A stretch of 58,373 nucleotides of DNA, taken from NCBI GenBank assembly GCA_001662655.1, contig KV460243.1; one strand, 5' to 3'. Origin of the DNA: Pseudogymnoascus verrucosus. Its lineage: Eukaryota. Shown here piece by piece: positions 14,277 to 23,770 of the stretch. The notes under the pieces were generated by a model. That model saw nothing but the letters and a program-made list of their open reading frames with translations. It searched no databases and was not told the origin of the DNA. Made by a program: the position numbers and the translations under genes. Each line of letters starts with the position of its first letter. Within the stretch, counting starts at the first letter, position 1.

Positions 14277-17200
14277 ATGTCGGAAAGATCATGTCCTGTG
14301 TCGGCTTCGGTTGGATCAGTATGTCCTATGGGCAACGGAGCTGGAGAGAATGGTCGCGCACGGGGCTGCAACTTTGCTAGCTTCAGCCGTCCAGAAGATA
14401 TTCATTCTACCTTTGGTGTACGTCCATATTAATCCTCCTCTCTCGAAATCAATTTAATTAACTCTTCTCAGATCCCTTCGGACGCTGATGTCACCGATTT
14501 CTTACGACAAAGGTTCGCTTTTATCCAAATTGTTTATGACTCTTGCTCATTTATTACAGAGAACGTAAAGCAATCAATGAGTTGCTATACTCCGATGTCC
14601 CTTCAATGCCGGCCATTAAAGATTTGCAAAACGCCCAAGGCACCAAAAGTCTGGACACCCTAAATGTGAACGACCAAGATCTGCTCGCCGTAGCACTCGG
14701 CGCCCCGGCTCGGCAAGTTCTCCTAAGGGCAGAAGAGGTTGGGCCCCGGACTGGTTGGAGAGATGGTTATCTAAGCAGGGAGCATGGCTTCTGTCCGCCA
14801 GATGCAGATGAGGCACCGAGTGCGTTGGCAAGATCGCCTGGCCGAGTTTGGTCCGATATGTGCGAGCGTATGCCAGGCTGTGTGGCAAGAGGCCGGGTCC
14901 GACAATCTATCGCGGCACTTCCTCTCGTTGAGGGAACAGCAGATGTTATTCCGGATAAGGCACTTTGGGCAGCATTGGTTACTCTTGGTATGCTGTGCTC
15001 CATTTACAGGTACGAGGAAACGCACAATGGCACCGAGGGTGTCAATGTCAGCACAAGGTCACCTACACCCAACGTGGAGATGAGCGATGACTTGGGTGAT
15101 GAAGTGAAGGGAATCCCCAAATGCATTGGCCTCGCCTACGTCCAAATCTCGAGGCGGATGGGTCGATCAATCCCACATCTTACATTCTATGACCAGGCGT
15201 CATATAACATTAAGGTCCGCGACCCAACCTCCACCCACCCCTATATCGGACGATTCGACAACACGGACTTGAGATGGCCAATGTTTGGTATACGGTCTGA
15301 GATTGCATTTCTCAAGGGATGCGCCGACACATCAGGTAAGTTCTCAGAGCCTCCATCTATTACCTGGTCTAATAATTTCCAGCGTCCTTTCAACACGGAG
15401 TAGACGCAATTGCAAGCTGCCAGGAATTCGTCATGAGCAAGAATAAGGCCGGCCTGCTTCGCGCGCTCATTCGATTAAAAGAAATCCTGGAGCGAATGCC
15501 CAATGCCTTTCACTCCATATCTCTGAACCCGAGCTCTGGGGCCAACTTCGTCTCGCCCCCAGAATGGGTCCGCTGGGCGAAATTTTCGGCTCCGCTCTCT
15601 AAGCGCTGTCCAGCAACTTCCGGTCTGCAATTTCCACCATACCTGCTGATGGACGCCTTCCTCGGCCGTACAAAGTACGAAAGCTTTCTCGGGGAAGAGG
15701 GACTCCACCTTCGGGCGTGGTTGCCATCAAACTGGAGAGCTTTCATCGCCGCTGTCGAGTATCATTACAGTATTCCCGATTTCGTCAACCAATCAGGCGA
15801 CCCCAGACTCATTGGCGCTTTTGACGGCATTGTTGAAGCTTATACCGGCGAACGCGGATTTATGGGAACGCATCGCTACAAAGTATTTGGCCTTCTTGAG
15901 ATTGCTGGAAAGACAGGAAGAGCAGAGACAAATGGGAACTCCGGATCTGCCGAGGTTAATGCTAAACCACATGAAGAGACACACAAGGCTTTCTCCGACG
16001 CAATGAAGGAACGCCTCGAGCCGCATCGTGGTAACCTTCATCTAGAACCTCACGAGATGCGTGGCTCATTTGCCGAGTGCCGATATAAGTCAACTGTCCT
16101 GAGCCGATCTCTAGTGGACTCCGACCCGGAGAGGTCGATTGCTAGGGTCATTATTGACATTCAGGATACTGGTATCACGTTTCAGCCTGGCGATCGCCTC
16201 GCAATAATGCCTCTCAACAGCTGGCTGGAGTGCGCAAAGGTTGCAGCTGCTCTCGGCCTTGACGTTATGCTTGAAAGCCCCGTTTCTCTTGATAATCAAT
16301 GGAATAGATTTGCAGATCACCTTGGTTCAGTATCAAGGACGCCAACACCACGACTTACCGTAAAGGATATCCTACGCCGGGGTCACCTCGCACCCCTCAC
16401 CAAAGATCTCGTCATGAAACTTCATACATTGCTCCGAGCATCGTCGAACACCGTTCTTCAGATCCTTGCAACAACCGAGTGGCCCGTGCGAGCTTCTCTG
16501 GGCGACCTTCTCCAGGCAGCTGTCACTGATACTCCTTCCAAAATTTGGGATCAAGCATTTGACATCTCGGGAAATCTCTCGTGGCTCCCCGAGATAGTTG
16601 CACTTGAGGTCCCAAGAACATACAGTATCTCGAACTACCCCGACGAATTGTTGCCTAGTACCGTCGAGCTTACTGTGTCGAGGTCTGAGTACAATATCTG
16701 CCCTACTCTCGCTGGACCAGAGCCCGTGGTTCGATATGGAGTCGGGAGTGGCTTCTTAAACCCGCCTGTCTCCGGCCAAGACGAATTCATCACAGACGAC
16801 GAGGAGATACTTATTGGCATCTCGCGGCCTCTTTCTTTCCAACTGCCGATTGATGATGCCGCTCCGTGTGCATTCTTTGCCGGCGGTAGCGGTATTGCGC
16901 CGTTTAGAAGCTTTTGGCAATCCCGTGCCGGGCGCTCCGTTGGAAAGAATCTCTTATTTCTTGGTGTACAATCGCGAGAAAAATTCTGCTACGAGAATGA
17001 GCTCCGAGAATACGTCAACGCTGGCTTTATGGAAGTCTACACCGCTTTCTCGCGCGATTCTCGCGGTCTCAACTACGACAGCTATTTGCGGGACTTGGTA
17101 GAGAAAGAGACAACACCACGATATATCGACTCTTTGATTGTGGAGCAGGGATCTACGGTCTGTGACCTTGTTATGTCGAAGAAACAAGGCGGCTTAGGAG

Positions 17201-19251
17201 GCTATCTATACGTCTGCGGCTCCCTTTCTGTGTTCGACTCCGTCATGTCTGGAATTCGAAAGGCAATTTACAACCACAGGACAGCCAGCATGGAGTCTAC
17301 CAGCGTCATTCTTGATACTGCCTTTGCAGAGCGCCGCTTCATGCTGGATGTGTTTATGTCACCGAAACCACTACCATGCAACATACCGACGATCCTCCCT
17401 TCCCAATTGGCAATGCACACAGGGCATCGCCCGAACAGCCGCATCCATATTGCAGTACATGGGAGTGTGTATGATGTTACAGACTTTTGTCCCATGCATC
17501 CTGGAGGGACGATGATTATCCAATCGAACGCAGGAGTTGATTGCTCAAAATCTTTCGATCTCCTTGCTCATTCAAATAACCCCGAGGTCTCTAGTCTCTT
17601 GAATAAATACTTCATTGGGCATCTCACGCCAAAGCCCAATTACCGTAAGTGCGAGGACATCAGCATGCTCTACGATCTTTGGTCTGATTATTTGAGGACG
17701 TCGGTTGAGACGCTTGTGGGAGATCAATTTGAGACTCGCGAATTTATGGACTCGACAAATATTTGGTTTCAAGGTAGTCTCTTCAACATGGGTGGTGTGC
17801 GGAGTTTCTATCAACACCAATCGAGGTTGCTTCAAAATGGTTTCTCGGCTCTATTTGGCGCCAAACTCCAAGAGCTTTATCTTAAGCTTTCTTTCACTCT
17901 CGCAAACAGTGGAGCAAGCTCTGGCCAACTTCCAGATGTTTTAGGCGTCATTGGCCGTGCGAAAAGCTCACCGGATGCGATGATAACCTCAAATGAGGTT
18001 TCCCAAATCGGGAAATTCACTTGTGACAGTGAAGCGGCTCGTTTCCATGAAAGAGGCATCATAGAATATGTCAAAACATCTATTCAACTTAACTTGGAGC
18101 TCTTGGAGGGGATTCGCGAGGAAGCATGCTGTGGTATGGATGCATTTGATACTATCATGGATCTTGAGGTATCATCGGAAACTCAACGTCTCACCGCGCT
18201 GTCCACATTCCTCCTACAATTGACCGAGCGCATGGCCATCAGATTGGAAGGATTCTATTCAAAGCTGGCCCAGCATTCCGTCTACCATCCAGAAATGGAG
18301 CACAACCCCGCAAGGACTCGGTGGAATTTGGTGAAACGCAAAGTGCGCGACGGTTCGTTCTTCGTTCTGACACAAAACGTTGCGATCAATACAGGGGCCA
18401 GTTACGTGCCTCGCCGAGGCCAAGAGGCTGTCGAGTTCGACCACGTTATTACTCAGATCCAACACAGCATTAACAAAGCGCCAATTCAAGTGAGGAAAAC
18501 AATGGAACTCAATGAGCAGCATATTGCTCGAGGACGCACAAATCCAAACGGCGTCTCGGCGAATGAGTCTCATGAAAATAGCCACGCCATGAACCGCATG
18601 TCATCTTTCGTAAACAACAACATGCGCGCCATCCGCCGACTCAGCAAACTTCCGCCGGCGGGAGTAAGCCTTGAACAGCTGATGAACACATACGGCAACT
18701 CAGCTCATCAATCTTACGACCGCCACCCCGCAGCCATGCGCAGCCTGACGCCAAACCAAAGTCGTTCGCCATCAGTTTCTCGCGAGCATGATGGTTTCGA
18801 TCCTCATCAATTGAGCAAGCTCAACGTCCGGGGGCGCTCGGTATCAAATGCCGGTTCCTTAACGCGGGGCTCTAGTCACAGCAGTCATGTCTCTTCTAGT
18901 AGCCACATGGATTTCCATCTTCCCATGACAATGTCACCTGCTCTCACGCCTCCTTCTTCGGCGCCACAGTCGTCCGCCTCCTCTCCTGTGTCTCACACCC
19001 CAGCATCGGCAGCTCTCCCATCGATGTTTAACAAGATGAACAGGCGGCAGAAATCCAGCGATATGGCCCCGACTCTCGCGAGCCTACCTGAGAACCGTAT
19101 GCGAAAATTGATGCAAGGTAGTGCGAGTAATTCTGGGGGTTACTCGTCAATGCTGCCCAAGGATAGTGGTTCTCACATGCGCGCCCGCTCCACAACGGGA
19201 TCACTCAGAGCGCTCAAGCTGCCCGAGATGCGAGTTGCGCCAACATTTTAA
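14277..19251 (+). CDS. ~1608-aa multidomain oxidoreductase: IDO-like heme domain + FAD/NADPH reductase (CPR/NOS-type FNR module) + cytochrome b5 + uncharacterised helical domain + Ser-rich tail
   Basis: Exons 14277-14417, 14472-14512, 14560-15335 and 15383-19251 splice in frame. IDO-like motifs: TSGLQ...MDAFLG, LRAWLPSNWRAFI, GTHRYKV. Reductase motifs: FQPGDRLAIMPLN, PRTYSIS, AGGSGIAPFRSF, TAFSR, YLYVCG, FMLDVF. b5 motif: HGSVYDVTDFCPMHPGG...AHS. Confidence 0.88.
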
Positions 19252-19339
19252 CGTAGTTCTTTCAAGTTAATCATAGAATTTTTAACGCTGAGTCATGCAT
19301 AAGTTGCCCGTGAAAAAAACGCTAAAACTATATTTTATA
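19189..19339 (+). repeat. 151-bp direct repeat, copy 1 (last 20 codons, stop and 3' UTR of the IDO-fusion gene)
   Basis: Aligns ungapped with 23283-23433; I count 10 mismatches in 151 bp. Confidence 0.97.
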
Positions 19340-19559
19340 AGCCGTCTAGCCCTGATATGTGGAAGTACTTGCGGTCATGCTTAAAAGTGCGATTCGGTAA
19401 TGAGCCTGATGATACTGTCATCTCTTGGCGATGCATTTGCTACGAGACATTCGCGTTGTGTTCGTCTCAACAGCCCCGGAGTGACGGCTGGGAGGATTAG
19501 CGGCAGTGAGGCTAGAGGCAGCTCCTCCTCCTTTTTGACAGCATAGGCCATCATCTTCG

Positions 19560-20380
19560 TTGAGGACTATAGAGACCCACAAGTATGTTCCTCCCGCTCT
19601 ATCTATCAATTCTTCAACTACGTTATTCTTTAGATCTGCAGGAAAATGACGAAGCTCTGTGACTCTACCCTCGATAACAATTCCGAGGTCCTTAGGTCTG
19701 GCCTTAAACTCCATGTAAGTGTCTCCAAGCTCAATGTTGATGTCCACAATGGGTCGGCTTGTGATGAGCAGTTTCATAGTTGGAGAGAATTTTCCTCTGC
19801 TATTTCGGTCGTAGAGAAGTCTCTTCATCCGACGGCTCAACCTCTGCCGTGTCTTTTCATCCTCGCTTTCATCTAGGGCGTCGAGGACGCAATATATAGT
19901 CCTTTTAATGGGAGCTCGGATGATCTCTTCAAATACCTCCTATAACTCTTCTTCTAATTCTACCGAAGGATCGCACTCAAAAAAATGCACTTGACAGTTT
20001 AGAAACGTCGGTAGTTATGGGCAATTGCTTGATTAGCGACCGCAAGCACGACTCAATGGTCCGAAATTGCTCGTCTTAGTCGTAAAAGAAGAAGTAGATG
20101 ATGCTGTCTTGTTCCTGGGTTTTCGCTAGCCGATCATACAAGTGGTCCAGGATGAACCTCAAAAGAAAAGTTTTTCCTTGACCAGGAGCGCCTCTGACCC
20201 AGAGAAATGATGATTTATCTTTGATAGCCATGTATTTACCATTTTGTCACGTAATAACCACTGCAGAGTTCCCCGGGCCGGGCTCTCGGCTCTTCGGAAG
20301 GAGGCATAATCTGGTGCATTTAGAGCCTTCACGTATCTTGTCTGAGCAGCTGAAAATGCTATTTTAAAGTTCCATACCAA
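19560..20380 (-). pseudogene. NACHT NTPase (fungal NLR-like) fragment
   Basis: GTLQWL, then a -1 frameshift into Walker A FLWVRGAPGQGKT, an in-frame TAA after YFFFYD, Walker B YCVLDALDE, LLITSRP and RAGGTYLWVSIV; truncated. Confidence 0.85.
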
Positions 20381-21002
20381 ACCTGCGCCTAACCTGGATC
20401 CACTGATTGTCCGATAGCCCCTCAGCCGATGATTTTCCCGCCATATTATCTAAGTGCGGTTCTCATCCGCATTTGGTGTTCTCTGATGTACTCCAAACGT
20501 TTTGTTAAAGGACTTTCAAAATGCATCGACAAATAACTTAGCTATGACAGCATCTGAGAAGCGAGGATTGATAGAGGGAAAGGCAAAGGCAAAGGCAAGC
20601 GCCTGTTCGCCCTGAGGTCGGCGGCTCATGCGAGGTGTTTAACGAGAGACCACTACCAGAGGAGATAGCATTGTACTGTACATAACAAGGCACAAAAACA
20701 AAACTCCCAAAACTAACAGCCTTCAGCCAGTTATGGAGATGCAACAGACCCATAAGTTTAATTAAATCATGATCTGTAGACAAGTACATTGGCGGATCAT
20801 GAGTAGCCACAGCCTATAGGATGTGAAGTTGATGCCAAAGCTGTGGAAACTTTACTTCGACGGGCTTTCTCTGACTTGCGTAACGAGAGTGGAAACTGCG
20901 ACAAAGGATAGAATCGCCTTGTCACATACGGCGAGGTACGATGGAAAGGGGTCGAACAGGGCTTTAGGGCCATGGTAATATCGTTTAGCAACGCAAAATT
21001 GA

Positions 21003-23015
21003 CTAGTATTGTTCGCCAAATATCACCCAACCCAAACTCTCAGTAAATGCCTCCTCTGCCCACTTTCGCTCTCTCATGAGGTGCTCTTGATCTCGCCTTG
21101 CCTCATCGATACCAACTGGCCAACTGTCTGCCATGTCCGTAATCAATTCGGCTACCTCTAGTGGAATTCCATGTGAGATAAGTATGCCGTGAACTTCCTC
21201 CGACCACCAGACATGCCCCTGTGGAGGCACGTTTCTTGTCGAACACACGCGGTAATGTGGATCAACCAACGATAACATTACGAATCGGCGGTGCCCTGGG
21301 ATGGTCGCATTAATTATTGTAACTGGCTCAATGCGGTGTTGCAGAGTATTGGGCCATGTAATGAGACGTCCTTGTGGTGCGGATATAGACCCAACTTCCT
21401 GCATGGGCGGTATGGAACAACTATGGGTGGGTTTAAAGCCAAGCATTGCCTCGATATCGACAACATCAACTTCAAACTCACTTGGTTGGAGTGCCCCATT
21501 ACCTCTATTGTAGTTATAATCCTCCTCTCCTGCATATGTTCGTTGACGAAAGGAGATTCGGGTTTCAGTTGTGTTCTCAACGTCGAAGAAGTACATGGCC
21601 GTGGCTACGATATGCTCATTCAAGGTATCCATATGCCAGCCATTAGTATATGACGGTTCAATGCTACCAATCTTGACGATAACTTGTAAGCCTTGATCAC
21701 GAAACGTATCTTCTAATTTGACAGAGTAAAACTCGTGATCTGGGTCTGGTCGTATAATGACGCTTTCTGTCTCGTAACCACCCCACTTCCCTTTAATCGC
21801 CGCCCCATTTCGACCATCCTACCAATCATTATATGAAAACGACATGTCAGGCTCTGGATGATGTAGTTTGTATGCATTTTTCCATTTAGCATTGACGTGC
21901 CATTCTGTATGGAAATGCTTATCCCAACCTTCCGGAAGGTCTGTTGGTTGATTTGAGCCGCGGTTTGGAAGTTTGAGGAACTGTTCAGCCTCTTTCATCG
22001 CCTCTTTATAGGCGTTAGTCTCGCAGCCTTGGTATAACCCATCTATTATTGATGACTGAGGATATTCTGGTTCCCATGTAAGACCATATGTCCTAATCCG
22101 TATTGGCCAACGACCTTTCTCCCCTCTAACAAGGCACTCATTCCACGGCTTGATTGCTAGTGAAATAAGCTTCTCAATACTGTCATACATAGACTTGTGC
22201 CGCAGAGGATGCAGATTATTGATGTATGAAGTGATGTGGGCATCCGTGCCCGACTTGTCGAATTCAACCTCGCATGGCAGCAGCTGGAAATTAGAAGACC
22301 AGTAGAACCGTTTGAGTTCATCAAGCTCATTAGTACAAAATACTACAGCATCGCCTTCTTTTATTCTCAGCTCAACACCAGAGGTATCCATTCGCTCATC
22401 TAGCTGCTTTGGAGCGGGCCTTCCGCTTCCAATCAACTTAAAGCCATCTCGTAGGCCTACTCGGCCCTCCATCAACACTGACGTCTTTCCGAATACTAAA
22501 GGGAACAACGAAGGGTCGACAAGCATTTGATCTTGATCCGAATACGACTTCTTAAGCATCGGCGCAATGCCATCCTTTAGCGCAAGACGTAGACAATCAG
22601 AAACGAGCGCATCTGATTTACACACTGCGGACCCGGCGTCGAAAAGGCGAATGAGTTTGTCTTCCTCAAACATGGACGCTTTGTCACGAAGCTCCATGAT
22701 ACACCAACCCCATGCCCTTCCGCTAATCAATCGCATTCGAAGCGCCACCCGGACCTCAGCGTCCTCTTGGGCCTTGAATGTCTCTTCGCGCCACTTTGCA
22801 ACAATATCATCGTTGAATACGTCGATATTCCAGTCACGCTTGTCAGTCAAGTCGCTCATGAGTTGCAACATGGCCATCTCAGGTGCAGTTAGGGCAGGCC
22901 TTTGTTCCAATCCGCTTACGGCGTCAGCAAAGCGATCGTCGGCGCCGAGTTCCTCATAGAGGGATCTCCCACCAAAGCCAGGAACTGAAAGTGGCCTTTG
23001 GCCGCTATTATCCAT
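21003..23015 (-). pseudogene. DUF4246-family protein with a single in-frame stop
   Basis: LVDPSLFPLVFG, FQLLPCEV, ITSYINNLHP, GLQVIVKI, WH..LNEHIVATA.Y, PNTLQHR and LVDP motifs. The two ORFs are in the same frame, separated by TAG at 21819-21821. Confidence 0.82.
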
Positions 23016-23282
23016 CCTATATTCAGCAATCAATATTTGATTACAAGGCGGCGTGTCGAATTGTCAGCAAGAAATCCTCTCCCGTAGTATGTTGGGAGTG
23101 AAGTCAGGAGTGAAAGTTGGCAGTCTACAGCCTGCATCTTTTTGGTGGAAGCAGGACTTGAGCTCCGGGATACGGTGATTTTTGGCCCTGGAATGGCAGT
23201 TTCCCGACCGCACCGTCCTACTCCCGGATTGGCTCATCGGTGCGACAGAGCATACAGTCACCGGAACCTGTCACAAACTGAG

Positions 23283-23433
23283 TCCACAACGGGATCGCTC
23301 AGAGCGCTCAAGTTGCCCGAGATGCGAGTTGCGCTAACATTTTAACGTAGTTCTTTCAAGTTAATTATAGAAATTTTGACGCTGAGTCATGCATAAGCTG
23401 CCTGTGAAAAAGACACTAAAACTATATTTTATA
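23283..23433 (+). repeat. 151-bp direct repeat, copy 2 (orphan 3' end of the IDO-fusion gene)
   Basis: Encodes STTGSLRALKLPEMRVALTF* versus STTGSLRALKLPEMRVAPTF* in copy 1. Confidence 0.97.
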
Positions 23434-23770
23434 TTAAGATTACGTGAGATTTCCAAAATACGGCGGAATTATATGCTGTATAGCGATTATGTAACCCTAT
23501 TTTTGGATTTCCAACATCATGCTCAGTAATGTAGATGAATGGATCCGCGTCACGTGTTACATGCCAAGGTTGAACAATAGGAGCTACTGTGGTGCTGACA
23601 AAAGGGCATTGAAGAATTAAAGAATGCCCCAGTATCTCGATTATTCGAAAGTTGGTTTGTGTGATTTGGTTCTATATATGTTGTATAAGCGGAAAAGAAC
23701 AATCCGCCCGGTTTTAATTTGAACGACTTCCAAGCTTCGGTCTGTTGTACTGTCGCACCCCGCTCTTACA

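Noticed and set aside
14277..19251. Calling the fusion a nitric oxide synthase or cytochrome P450 reductase
   Set aside because: No NOS oxygenase Cys-heme motif, no flavodoxin/FMN domain and no membrane anchor seen; only the FAD/NADPH module is shared.
23142..23345. 67-aa ORF ending like the IDO-fusion protein
   Set aside because: By-product of the direct repeat; non-ATG start and no independent coding evidence.
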